DNA of 64,000 nt from a virus. Lineage: Duplodnaviria; Caudoviricetes. The stretch's first letter is position 1, and each line of letters opens with the position of its first letter. A model generated the notes under the pieces. That model worked only from the letters and a program-made list of their open reading frames with translations, searched no databases and was not told where the DNA came from. Below, piece after piece: positions 50,101 to 59,575 of the stretch. The position numbers and the translations under genes were made by a program. The stretch lies in the IMG/VR virus record IMGVR_UViG_3300025413_001239; one strand, written 5' to 3'.

Positions 50101-53100
50101 TAACTTAGCAACAACTTACACACCAAATGGTATTAATTATAGTGGTGCAAATATTAGCGCATATATAGTTTCGACTGGTTATACAAGTCCATCTAGTGCA
50201 ACTACAATTAGTTCATTTACTGGTACTTACGCAGTTAATTTAGGAAACCACACAATTATTAGTACACCAACATTTAGTACACCAATTGCTAATCAAATAT
50301 ATTCAACATACTCAGCTAGTAGCTTTGGTTTTATATATTCAGCAAATAACAATTCTAGTTATGTTGTAAATGTACCTCAAACACAAGTTGGTGCGGTTGC
50401 TACTAGTGGAAATATGTTAACAACAATTAATAGTATAACACCATCTGGTTCATTTACAAACCCATTATTTAATTATACTGGTAATACGTTTACGTATACG
50501 GCTAACTCAAGTAATGGTAATATTGTTGCTATAAATATTCCAGCGTCTAATTCTGGTACAACATTTTTCTACAATTATGGTCCTTACTATTTTAATGGTT
50601 TTGGTCTTTTATCTCCAGGTCAATCATTAACACTTAATTATAATATTGATTGGTTACAATATAGCCCTAACTATACTAGTTACATGGACATTTATATGCT
50701 TTCACAAAACTATGTGGTAACGCAAACTGGTACAACTGGTCAATATATTACAGGTACAACAAGTGGTTTCACTAATGGTTATGCGATTGCTTATAATAAC
50801 ATTACTGTTGGTGTTGGTGGGAATACGACTATAAATACTACATTATATAATATTACTGGTACAACAACTGGTTTAACTGTAAGTACTACAGGTTATTATC
50901 AATCTGTAACTGGTTCTACTAGTGGTTTAACAACAGTTAACTCTGGTATTTACCAATCAATTACTGGTTCAACAAGTGGTACAAGTAGAACTAATTCTGG
51001 TTCATATCAAAGTATTCAATATAATATGACTGGTACTAGTAGTGTTAACACTGGTATTTACCAATCAATTACTGGTTCAACAAGTGGTACAACTATAATT
51101 AGTGGTGGTGTTTATACTTTACTAATTGGTTCAACAAGTGGTACAAGTCAATCATACACTGGTAATTACCAATCAATTACTGGTTCTACAAGTGGTATTA
51201 CAACACAATATAGTGGTTATTATCAAAACTTAACTGGTACAACAAATAATGTCACATTAACATATAATGGTTTCTATAGTAGTATTACTGGTTCTACAAG
51301 TGGTAGTAGCTATACTTACTATGGTGATAATGCTGGTGATTTAACTGGTTTAACAACTGGTATAAGTTACGCTTATACTGGTAGTGGTTATTCGGATGTT
51401 GAAGGAAAGATAATAGCACTTTTACGTTCTAGGGCTACGGTTGACGTATCAACTCAATTACCAACATTCCAAATTGCTAATGTAACTGATATTAACTTTA
51501 GTTCAACTGCAACTGGTGCAACAAAAAATCCTTTAGGTATATTTAATTTGACTGGTACATCTGTAACGCAAGGTATATTTAATTATGAACTTTCATTTGA
51601 TGTTACTAAAAAAGATTACGTTCCTAGAGCATTAGGTAGAATGGCTTTTGATAAAAAGACATCAGTATTCGTTGAGGAATTTTACGGTAATGTATTTACT
51701 AATGACTTTAATGAAGGTAAAATTTATGGTATTAACCAAAGTTTAATTAATTACTCTTCACCAGGTGAATTTGGTCCATTTGATAACTATTTACAACAAT
51801 ATCAATCTGCTGTTACCCCATATGTGGTATCGGAAGTTAAGGGTAACCAAGTTATTAGATTATTTAGATTCTGGACAATATCAGATGGTAATATGGCTAA
51901 TATGGAAATTAAAGTTTCAATTGCTAATATTAGACCTGATACTCAAGAATTTGATGTACAAATTAGAGATTATAACGATACAGATGCTAGACCTAAAATC
52001 CTAGAAGCTTATAGTCGTTGTAATTTAGACCCAACTTCAAATAATTACATTGGTCAATTAATTGGTACATATGATGGTGCTTATGCGTCAAAATCTTCTT
52101 ACGTACTTGTTGAATTAGATGTGAACTCAGATACAACTGATGCTTTCCCAGCTGGTTTTGTTGGGTACCCAGTAAGAGATTACCAAACTAGTGGTAATGA
52201 TAGTGTATTAACACCAGATATTATGTATTATAAGGCTTACGGTACATATGATAACCCACGTAAATTCTATTTAGGTTTAAATGATACTGTTGGTATCGAT
52301 ACAGACTTCTTTGATTACAAAGGTTTACCAATAAAAGGTTTAGAATATAGCGAATGGACTGGACTTACACCAGGTTATCACATGGATATTAATGCTAGTG
52401 CGGTAACAATTGCTGATATTGCTGAATACATAAATGGTGGTTCTGGAGCGACTTATAACCCAATATTTAAATTTGATACTGGTGACGCACCATTCCAAAG
52501 TGAAGCTGGTGTTCAAGGTACGCCATACGCAAACTTATATGCTCGTAAATTTACACTTGTACCTTATGGTGGTTTCGATGGTTGGGACATTTATAGAACA
52601 AGAAGAACGAACTTGGACACTTACGATATTAAGGGTAAGGGTGGTCAAACTGGTTTAAGTTATGGAGCATTTTCTAAGTATCCTCTTCAAGATGGTTCAG
52701 AAGGTCTTACATCAGATTACTACGCATATTTAGAAGGTATTTGGACATTTATAAATCCTGAAGCTGTTAATATAAATGTGTTTGCAACACCAGGTATTGA
52801 TACTTTCGATAACCAATCATTGGTTAACCAAACTATTGAAATGGTTGAGAATAACAGAGCTGACTCATTGTACATAGTTACAACACCAGATTCTGATTCT
52901 ACTGGTACTCCATTGACGGTTTCAAATGTGGTTGATGAGCTTAATGGTAATTTTGATAGTAACTATACAGCAACGTATTGGCCTTGGGTTCAAATATTTG
53001 ATTCTGAAAACACAACATACATATATGTTCCACCAACAAGAGATGTTGTAAGAAATATCGCTTTAACTGATAACATTTCATTCCCATGGTTTGCTGTGGC

Positions 53101-53578
53101 TGGTGTTAACAGAGGTTCGGTAGATTGTATTAAAGCTAGAGTTAAATTAACGCAAACAGATAGGGATACACTTTATGAAAATAGAATTAATCCTATCGCA
53201 ACATTTGCTTCAAATGGTGTTAATATCTGGGGTAATAAAACACTTCAAGTTGCTGATACTTATCTTAATAGAATCAACATTAGAAGACTTTTATTACAAG
53301 CAAGAAAACTTATTTCTGCTGTTTCAATCAGATTGTTGTTCGAACAAAATGATGCTGTGGTTAGAAATCAATTCTTATCACTTGTTAACCCAATATTGGA
53401 TAACATTAGAAGCGAAAGAGGTCTTTCTGATTTTAGAGTTGTGTTAAATAATAGCCCAGAAGATTTTGATAATAATCAATTAACTGGTCAAATATTCCTT
53501 AAACCAACAACAGCGTTAGAATTCATTCAAATTCAATTTGTTATACTTCCATCAGGTGCATCATTTGATAACATTTAA
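47198..53578 (+). CDS. Contractile tail sheath protein with ~1275-aa repeat insertion
   Basis: FVSPGVYTSELD...GETTKGP N-terminus; YWPWVQ, PWFAVAG, LYENRINPI, WGNKTL and RINIRRL C-terminal motifs. Confidence 0.95.
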   Translation: MANQVFVSPGVYTSELDLTYVTRQVGVTTLGLVGETTKGPAFQPIFISDYGGFQTFFGGLDNTLVNGPDGNGAPLYELPYIAKSYLSQSNQLFVTRILGLSGYHAGLAWGITLSAALDPTTTGTSYVSTYTANYTVTTGDTLYSIQTTDSNLNAYYQQNPSAFSFLAGATTGQSYTIYIPQVKNGLIFSGGYITFNIISASVTPFITAGTVTNIYPNSGSSTLLTYKLTTGGTLTSIVSTDSFVNQVYTATPSYFNLFITAATGTAQNILIPQTSDGTTFYGGNINSKVLSTGYTDASIPVSASSPTNFTYTASSNSNVLYGITSTDSFVNQIYAASASSFNFLTGATIGTQQILTEPTLLYGGNNYSGGYITINVATTGYSSSILTGNSISQFFGTYSASTGNTLYSTTATAGGGANAYNQYYQQNPSAFTFIASGVSQTIQTPNVYNGILYSYNTLAITPYATGYTNGGNITAVGNANIYPDTSGNALFSYTASTTANTLSSFVSTDAITNQIYAASASNFNFLTGATLNSTGSLATAYAPNGINFNYSGINYNINVLNYTTPVTSAITSGYTAVYSASTNGILYSTYSLNNSIYNLVYAANPVPFYFLATANTGATSNIAITRTQIGAYFSGGNVSVNVLSTGFTSPSSVNTAGTVGVGSNYITNLNGVVSSYALTNVYGNPNYVTYFSGSVSPSAFTFLNTASTGTITGPTSNNGAYFTGGSIAVSVLSTGYTNPSSLTASTSVFNGTFSATTGGTLNTTSATGGAGSGLYNSAYAATPSAFNFLATGGTYSVVNAPSSSNGANFTSANTVTIVAFATGYTNPSSATTATTQFTGVYSASTGNTLYSTSAVGAGSGLYNSTYATTPSAFNFLTGGTGGIVTIGQSSNGINYSSGTLNLSVLSTGYTNPSSGTTVSTSAYTATFSANSSNLLYTTSGSTPLYNSTYSVNPNIFNVISSTATGTTVNLATTYTPNGINYSGANISAYIVSTGYTSPSSATTISSFTGTYAVNLGNHTIISTPTFSTPIANQIYSTYSASSFGFIYSANNNSSYVVNVPQTQVGAVATSGNMLTTINSITPSGSFTNPLFNYTGNTFTYTANSSNGNIVAINIPASNSGTTFFYNYGPYYFNGFGLLSPGQSLTLNYNIDWLQYSPNYTSYMDIYMLSQNYVVTQTGTTGQYITGTTSGFTNGYAIAYNNITVGVGGNTTINTTLYNITGTTTGLTVSTTGYYQSVTGSTSGLTTVNSGIYQSITGSTSGTSRTNSGSYQSIQYNMTGTSSVNTGIYQSITGSTSGTTIISGGVYTLLIGSTSGTSQSYTGNYQSITGSTSGITTQYSGYYQNLTGTTNNVTLTYNGFYSSITGSTSGSSYTYYGDNAGDLTGLTTGISYAYTGSGYSDVEGKIIALLRSRATVDVSTQLPTFQIANVTDINFSSTATGATKNPLGIFNLTGTSVTQGIFNYELSFDVTKKDYVPRALGRMAFDKKTSVFVEEFYGNVFTNDFNEGKIYGINQSLINYSSPGEFGPFDNYLQQYQSAVTPYVVSEVKGNQVIRLFRFWTISDGNMANMEIKVSIANIRPDTQEFDVQIRDYNDTDARPKILEAYSRCNLDPTSNNYIGQLIGTYDGAYASKSSYVLVELDVNSDTTDAFPAGFVGYPVRDYQTSGNDSVLTPDIMYYKAYGTYDNPRKFYLGLNDTVGIDTDFFDYKGLPIKGLEYSEWTGLTPGYHMDINASAVTIADIAEYINGGSGATYNPIFKFDTGDAPFQSEAGVQGTPYANLYARKFTLVPYGGFDGWDIYRTRRTNLDTYDIKGKGGQTGLSYGAFSKYPLQDGSEGLTSDYYAYLEGIWTFINPEAVNINVFATPGIDTFDNQSLVNQTIEMVENNRADSLYIVTTPDSDSTGTPLTVSNVVDELNGNFDSNYTATYWPWVQIFDSENTTYIYVPPTRDVVRNIALTDNISFPWFAVAGVNRGSVDCIKARVKLTQTDRDTLYENRINPIATFASNGVNIWGNKTLQVADTYLNRINIRRLLLQARKLISAVSIRLLFEQNDAVVRNQFLSLVNPILDNIRSERGLSDFRVVLNNSPEDFDNNQLTGQIFLKPTTALEFIQIQFVILPSGASFDNI
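47560..51390 (+). repeat. Sheath insertion: 12 x ~87-aa units then 12 x ~18-aa strands
   Basis: Units with a (P/A)SxFxF core ending S/ATGYT; strands of consensus GxYQSITGSTSG. Confidence 0.85.
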
Positions 53579-53591
53579 TTAGCACAATAAA
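53531..53591 (+). repeat. 61-bp direct repeat, copy 1 (sheath 3' end plus UTR)
   Basis: 51/61 identical to 55218-55278. Confidence 0.9.
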
Positions 53592-53601
53592 TTAATTTTA
53601 A

Positions 53602-53631
53602 AAAAAGGAGACAAATATTTGTCTCCTTTTT
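53602..53631 (+). terminator. Intrinsic terminator after the sheath gene
   Basis: AAAAAGGAGACAAAT/ATTTGTCTCCTTTTT palindrome. Confidence 0.85.
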
Positions 53632-53649
53632 GTTTTTTTAGTATATTTG
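53618..53649 (+). promoter_or_regulatory. Bacteroidota-type promoter overlapping the terminator, driving the endonuclease
   Basis: TTTG (53618-53621)-N20-TATATTTG (53642-53649). Confidence 0.65.
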
Positions 53650-53698
53650 TAATATTTATTTGTAGATAAACATTTGTTAGTATAAAAAATATATAACC

Positions 53699-55255
53699 AT
53701 GAAAATAAAGTTAAATTGTATAAACTGTAATAATGATTTTGAAACGGAGTTTAAATATAGAAGTAAGAAGTTTTGTGGTAGGAAGTGTTTTTTTGAATAT
53801 TCTAAAGAGCATAAAACTATTGGTAGAAAAATAGATGAAGAAATAAGGGAAAAAAGAATTTGTTTAATTTGTAATAAAGAATTTGAGTGTAAGAAAAAAC
53901 AAGAAAATAAAATGTGTTCTAATGAGTGTAGAAAAGAATGGAACTCTATAGAAGAAAATAAGTCTAATAGAATAAAATTAAGTAAAGATACATTATTAAT
54001 AAATCATGGTGTTGATTCAATGTTTAAGAAAATTGAATATAAAGCTAACCGTAATCAAATTTTCTTAGATAAAATAGGTGTTATAAATCCGATGAAAGAT
54101 AAGTTAATTGTAAATAAACTACAAAAAACTCTGAATGAAAAACAAATTAAAAACTTACTACCAAAACTTAATGAACATAATATAATATTACTTGATGAAT
54201 ACAGTGTAAATAAAAGTGGTTCAACATCAATGTCTTATAATTTTAAATGTAAAAAGTGTGAAAATATATTTTCAAGTACCGTGCTTGGTTCTGGTAAGAT
54301 ACCAATTTGTAGAAAATGTACACCGTTAGAAAAAAATTCAAAAATTGAAGAAGTAATAAAGGATTTTTTAAATTTAAAAAATATTAAACACTTAGATAAC
54401 AGTAGAAAAATACTTAACGGTAAAGAGATTGATATATTCTTGAGCGATTTTAATTTAGGTATAGAGGTAGACGGCAATTATTTTCATAGTGAAATAAGTG
54501 GTGAAAAAGATAGTAAATATCATTTAAGTAAAACAAAATTAGCACATGAAAAAAATATAAAATTAATACACATATTTGAAGACGAAATACTATATAAAAA
54601 AGACATAGTATTATCTAGATTGAGTAATCAGTTAAATTTAAATAATATAAGATACTTTGCAAGAAATTGTGAAATTAGAATTGTAAGTAAAAAAGAATCT
54701 ACTTTATTTTTAGATAATAATCATATTCAAGGAAATTCTATTGATTTAATAAGATTAGGGTTATATTATAATAATATATTAATTTCATTAATGACATTTG
54801 GTAAAGAGCGAAAAGCTTTAGGTAATATAGAAACTGAGGATACTTATGAATTGGTTAGATTTTGTAATTTAATAAATTCTAATGTTGTTGGTGGGTTTTC
54901 TAAACTTTTAAAACATTTTATTGTAACATATAAACCTAAAAAAATTGTAACTTACGCTGATATTAGATGGTCTGGATTAAATGAATTAGATACTGTTTAT
55001 ATAAAAAATGGTTTTAAGTATATTAAAAATACATCACCAAATTATTGGTACTTAAAAGTTGGACAATATAATCATAGATATCATAGATATAATTTTAGAA
55101 AAGATATTCTAGTTAAAGAAGGTTTTGATAAAAACATGTCTGAATTTGAGATTATGAAATTAAAGGAATTTGATAGAATATGGGACTGTGGAAATATGAA
55201 ATTTGAATGGACTAGAAATTCAATTTGTAATCATGAACTCAGGTGCATCATTTGA
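53699..55255 (+). mobile_element. Hef-like homing endonuclease: zinc ribbons, Vsr/EDxHD-like nuclease, GNAT(Mom)-like C-terminus
   Basis: CxxC...FCGRKC; EIDIFLSDFNLGIEVDGNYFH; YELVRFC...GGFSKLLKHF...IVTYAD. Confidence 0.75.
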
Positions 55256-55278
55256 CAATGTTTAATTAGCACAATAAA
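55218..55278 (+). repeat. 61-bp direct repeat, copy 2 (orphan sheath C-terminus IQFVIMNSGASFDNV*)
   Basis: Diverged copy of 53531-53591, read in another frame by the endonuclease ORF. Confidence 0.9.
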
Positions 55279-55284
55279 ATAAGT

Positions 55285-55312
55285 AAAAAGCCTCTAGCAA
55301 TAGGGGCTTTTT
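55285..55312 (+). terminator. Intrinsic terminator
   Basis: AAAAAGCCTCTA-GCAA-TAGGGGCTTTTT. Confidence 0.85.
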
Positions 55313-55336
55313 ATTTTATATGAAATATTTATTGAT

Positions 55337-55774
55337 ATGAAAAGACTCATAATAAAAGAAAGTCAATTAAAGATTATTGAAAACCACATATTAGAAACAA
55401 TTGACCCTGAAGAAGCTAATAACCATGAAAAATCACTACTAATGGTAATTAATAAAAAAAGAAATATTGGATTTTACGGTGGTGCAAGTGAGAAGGATAT
55501 TAATGATTTAAAAAAAAGTGGTTTAAAATACATACCAATTAACATGAATAACGCTTATGTATTTTATAACGATGGTTATGAGATTGAAGCTCAAGAGTTA
55601 GCTAATATTGCTAGAAAATTTAGTGGTTTCTTACCATCAACAGGTAAAACTAATTTTAATGGTTTATTCGCAAAACCAGAAGAAGTTTATAGGATAGGAA
55701 TATTACTTGGTTATGATGAAAAATCAGTAAGAGAATTCGTTTTAGAAAAATTCAAAGACTTTAAATTTTACTAA
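55337..55774 (+). CDS. Hypothetical protein
   Basis: 145-aa ORF with ATATTTAT upstream. Confidence 0.65.
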   Translation: MKRLIIKESQLKIIENHILETIDPEEANNHEKSLLMVINKKRNIGFYGGASEKDINDLKKSGLKYIPINMNNAYVFYNDGYEIEAQELANIARKFSGFLPSTGKTNFNGLFAKPEEVYRIGILLGYDEKSVREFVLEKFKDFKFY

Positions 55775-55801
55775 AAAATCAGATATTTATAAATAAAGTA
55801 T

Positions 55802-58800
55802 ATGGCAACAAAAATATTGTTAACAACTGAACAACATGAAAAATTAATGAATCATCTTGTATCAGAAATGGTTACAAACACCAATGAATTAATTAATGAA
55901 AATGGTACCATAAATGAAAGTGTATGGGAAAAAGTTAAATATGGTCTTTCAAAATTAGGTAGATATAAAGCTAATGGTAAAATTTTTGGAAAGGGAAAAA
56001 TAGACAAAGAAGCTGGTGCTAAAATTCAAGCAATTATTGATAAAGAAGGTAATGAACTTATCAAGAATTTAAATGCTAGTATTAAAGAAACTAATCCAGA
56101 ATTCCCTAATAACGAAAAAGGTGACCAATTCTTAAATACTATAATGGAAATTGCAGCTGTTTATGATTCTGTAATCGATGGTGCTAAGAAAGGTACAATA
56201 CCAGCAGACGCTGCTAATGGTATTATTAATGACCTTAGAGATTATGTTAAGAAATTTTTAGATATTGATTTAAAGGCAGCTTATTCAGTTGTTGATGAGA
56301 TTCAAGGTAATACTCTTGAATTAACAGAAGAAGAAGCTATGAGCTTAGATGAAGCTTGGGGCCTAGATGAAGAAGATGGTCCAAGTGGTATAAGAAAAAA
56401 ACCAAATCCAGAAGATATATATGCTAAAGGTGAACCTGAAGACATATCAAAACCAATTGATTTAAATCCAAATGATACCAGACCAGTTAAAGCAAATTCA
56501 CAAGTTGCCACAACCAATCAAAATACTGGCGTTGCCAACACTAATCAAAATACTGGCGTTGCTACAACTAATCAAAATACTGGCGTTGCCAACACTAATC
56601 AAAATACTGGCGTTGCTACAACTAATCAAAATACTGGTGTTGCCAACACTAATAATAGTAATATTATAGATAAAGGTACTGGTAAGGCTAGTACTAGAAA
56701 TAAAGATATAACAGATATTGATTACGAGGATATACCAAATAATCAAGCATCAAATGGTGGTGCTGCTAGTTCTGCTGGTGGTATTGGGAATGGTGCAGCT
56801 GCTAGTTCTGCTGGTGGTATTGGGAATGGTGCAGCTGCTAGTTCTGCTGGTGGTGGTGCAGCTGGTGGTGGAAAACAAGGTTTAAACGCTAAGGATGTTA
56901 GAGCTGGCTTACAAGCTAAAAGAGGTGCTGGTGATGATTTTGCTAGTACTAGAATGAATACACTTAAATCAAATAAATTACCAATGACACTTGCTGGTAT
57001 TGGTGCTAGTTTGGGTGCTTTTAGTTGGCTTGTTAATACAGATTGGTTTAAACACTTATTTGATGTCGTTAGTAAAAATCCATCTATTGAAATGGTTAAC
57101 AAACAGGTTGCTAGTAATTCAGATATTATTGGTAATATAAAACCAGGTCAAGGTCTTACTCAACTTATGAATGCGATGAACCATGCTGGTATAACACCTA
57201 AAACAACACCAGAACAATTTTTAGAACAAGTTAAAATACTAGGTGGTGGTGACGTAAATGCTGGTATTAATGCTTTAGCAGCTAAAGGTGGTATATTTGT
57301 TAATCCAGATGCCGCTAAATCAGTATTGACTGATATAGCAAAAAATCCACATGGTCATGGTGATACTCTAGGTCAAATATTTAAAGGAAAATGGGCTGGT
57401 ACTGGTAAATCAGTGGGTGATATGCTTACTTGTAAGGACATGGGCCAAGTAAAAGGACTTATATCTACTACAATTACTAAAGCAGTACCAACACTAGTTA
57501 TGAAAACAGCTATTAAGACTGGTGCTGGATATGCTGCTGCGAAGGGATTAGGAGCCATTCTAGGCCCTATTGGTTTAGCTGCTGTGGGTACGGGTGCATT
57601 AGTTAAAATAATGCGTATGAAAGGCCAAAAACAGTCAAGGGCTAAAACTCTTAACGACTTGTATCAATCATTAAGAAACATAGATGGTGGTGTTGGTTTA
57701 GTTGAACCAGAAACAGAAACAGTAAGTGTTGATGCTGTATCAAATCCACAAGAATTAAGTAATATAGCTAGTAGTGATAATGGTGGTGATAAAGGTGGTG
57801 ATAAAGGTGCTAACGTAGCTAATGCTGATACGCAAAAGGGTGGTGACAATAAGATGTCACAAGTTAATGATGACCTTTATAATTCTATTAAAAATTTATT
57901 TAAATTTGTTGTTAATAATAGAAAAAATTTAGGTGTTCGTTCTGCTAATAATGTTGGTACAGCTAATGCTGATAAACTTGTGAAGGGTCAAAAGGTTAGT
58001 TGGACCAAAAAGGATGGTTCTAATACTACTGGAACAATTGTTGGACCAAGTCAAAACCCAAATGAAACAATTGTTAAAACTCAAAATGGTAATCAAATTT
58101 CTATTAAGACAATAAAACTAACACCAAGTACAAGTCTTAATGAAGGTAAGTACATAAAAGATAAGAGACTTATTCAATTTTTACAGAAAAGCCTATCATA
58201 CGATAAATTAAAATCGTTTGAAGACTTTATGAATAGAGTTGAAATAATCAGGAATAAAATTAAAAAGATTGACCCAATGGGTGATAAGGCTATTCAAAAT
58301 TTTATGTCTGAATATAGTTCAAACCCAATTATGTCAACTGATTTTCAAAAATTATTCTCAATAGACCCTAATAATCCACAAGCTGTAAATGCGCTTAAGG
58401 CTTTTATTGATGATATTTTTATTACGGTTTATTCTGGTAAATTCAAATATGGTAACATGATTGATAAGATGGCTGGAATCGGTGGAAGTATAAATTCATT
58501 GGAAGAAGAAGCTGGGTATAATTTTAAAGAACCAAATAAATCATTTAAAAAAGATGCTCAAAATAGAGGTTCATTTAAAAATAATTTGGTTAAGTTCTTA
58601 TCAACAACAATTAATTTGTTCCAATATATGAATAAATTAAAGGATAGTGGTAAATTAAATTCTGGTAAAAAAACAAGTAATTCTGGTTCACAAAAACCAC
58701 AAGCACAACCACAACAAAATAAAGAACCACAAGCACAACAAAATAAAGAACCACAAGCACAACAAAATAAAGAACCACAACAAGTACAACAAGCTAAACC

Positions 58801-58927
58801 AGCTGGTCAAGCAAATCCGAATAGAAATCCAGAAAAATCAGAAATATCAAATGATATAGAATGGATGGAAGAAAATAAGAGTGTGAAAGAAAATATAGAA
58901 AGAATTAAAAAAATAATGTTTAGTTAA
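55802..58927 (+). CDS. Large putative virion protein with low-complexity repeats and hydrophobic G/A-rich segments
   Basis: 9-aa, 12-aa and 8-aa tandem repeats; LAGIGASLGAFSWLV and GLGAILGPIGLAAVGTGALV. Confidence 0.7.
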   Translation: MATKILLTTEQHEKLMNHLVSEMVTNTNELINENGTINESVWEKVKYGLSKLGRYKANGKIFGKGKIDKEAGAKIQAIIDKEGNELIKNLNASIKETNPEFPNNEKGDQFLNTIMEIAAVYDSVIDGAKKGTIPADAANGIINDLRDYVKKFLDIDLKAAYSVVDEIQGNTLELTEEEAMSLDEAWGLDEEDGPSGIRKKPNPEDIYAKGEPEDISKPIDLNPNDTRPVKANSQVATTNQNTGVANTNQNTGVATTNQNTGVANTNQNTGVATTNQNTGVANTNNSNIIDKGTGKASTRNKDITDIDYEDIPNNQASNGGAASSAGGIGNGAAASSAGGIGNGAAASSAGGGAAGGGKQGLNAKDVRAGLQAKRGAGDDFASTRMNTLKSNKLPMTLAGIGASLGAFSWLVNTDWFKHLFDVVSKNPSIEMVNKQVASNSDIIGNIKPGQGLTQLMNAMNHAGITPKTTPEQFLEQVKILGGGDVNAGINALAAKGGIFVNPDAAKSVLTDIAKNPHGHGDTLGQIFKGKWAGTGKSVGDMLTCKDMGQVKGLISTTITKAVPTLVMKTAIKTGAGYAAAKGLGAILGPIGLAAVGTGALVKIMRMKGQKQSRAKTLNDLYQSLRNIDGGVGLVEPETETVSVDAVSNPQELSNIASSDNGGDKGGDKGANVANADTQKGGDNKMSQVNDDLYNSIKNLFKFVVNNRKNLGVRSANNVGTANADKLVKGQKVSWTKKDGSNTTGTIVGPSQNPNETIVKTQNGNQISIKTIKLTPSTSLNEGKYIKDKRLIQFLQKSLSYDKLKSFEDFMNRVEIIRNKIKKIDPMGDKAIQNFMSEYSSNPIMSTDFQKLFSIDPNNPQAVNALKAFIDDIFITVYSGKFKYGNMIDKMAGIGGSINSLEEEAGYNFKEPNKSFKKDAQNRGSFKNNLVKFLSTTINLFQYMNKLKDSGKLNSGKKTSNSGSQKPQAQPQQNKEPQAQQNKEPQAQQNKEPQQVQQAKPAGQANPNRNPEKSEISNDIEWMEENKSVKENIERIKKIMFS
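56504..56653 (+). repeat. 27-bp coding tandem repeat, 5.5 units (VA[N/T]TNQNTG)
   Basis: GTTGCxAxAACxAATCAAAATACTGGC. Confidence 0.95.
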
Positions 58928-58929
58928 AT

Positions 58930-58958
58930 AAAAAACCCAAGTTAATCTTGGGTTTTTT
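58930..58958 (+). terminator. Intrinsic terminator
   Basis: AAAAAACCCAAG-TTAAT-CTTGGGTTTTTT. Confidence 0.85.
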
Positions 58959-59086
58959 TATGTGTATTATTTTTATTTATAAATTTTTATGATTTATCCA
59001 TTTTTTTTTATTTTAATGATATTTATAATAAACAATAAACATTAGTATGCAAATATGCTAATAAATATTTTAAAAAAGAAAAAAAT

Positions 59087-59575
59087 ATGTCAGATTTATT
59101 AATGAAAATGCCCTTACCATACGAACCTAAAAGGAAAAATCGTTGGTTAATAACTTTCCCAGCTGATTTGGGTATTCAACAATGGTGGTTAGAAAGTGCT
59201 TCTAGGCCTTCAATTACACAAAATGAAACAGAAATTCAATTTTTAAACACTTCAACATGGGTTATTGGTAGATTTACTTGGGAAGCAATTGACGTTACAT
59301 TTAGAGACCCTATTGGTCCTTCTGCATCACAAGCACTTATGGAATGGGTTCGTCTTCATTCTGAATCAATTACTGGTCGTCAAGGTTATGCCGCTGGTTA
59401 TAAGCGTCAAGTTAATCTTGAGATGCTTGACCCGACTGGTGTTGTTGTTGAAAACTGGCTTTTAGATGGTACTATGCTTACAAACGTTAGCTTCGGTGAC
59501 TTAGGTATGGATGATGATGGTATCGCTCAAATTACAGCAACTTTACGTTTTGATAGAGCTATACTTTTATTCTAG
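59087..59575 (+). CDS. Tail tube protein (gp19-like)
   Basis: PYEPKRKNRW, TWEAIDVTFRDP, YAAGYKR and ITATLRFDRA. Confidence 0.88.
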   Translation: MSDLLMKMPLPYEPKRKNRWLITFPADLGIQQWWLESASRPSITQNETEIQFLNTSTWVIGRFTWEAIDVTFRDPIGPSASQALMEWVRLHSESITGRQGYAAGYKRQVNLEMLDPTGVVVENWLLDGTMLTNVSFGDLGMDDDGIAQITATLRFDRAILLF

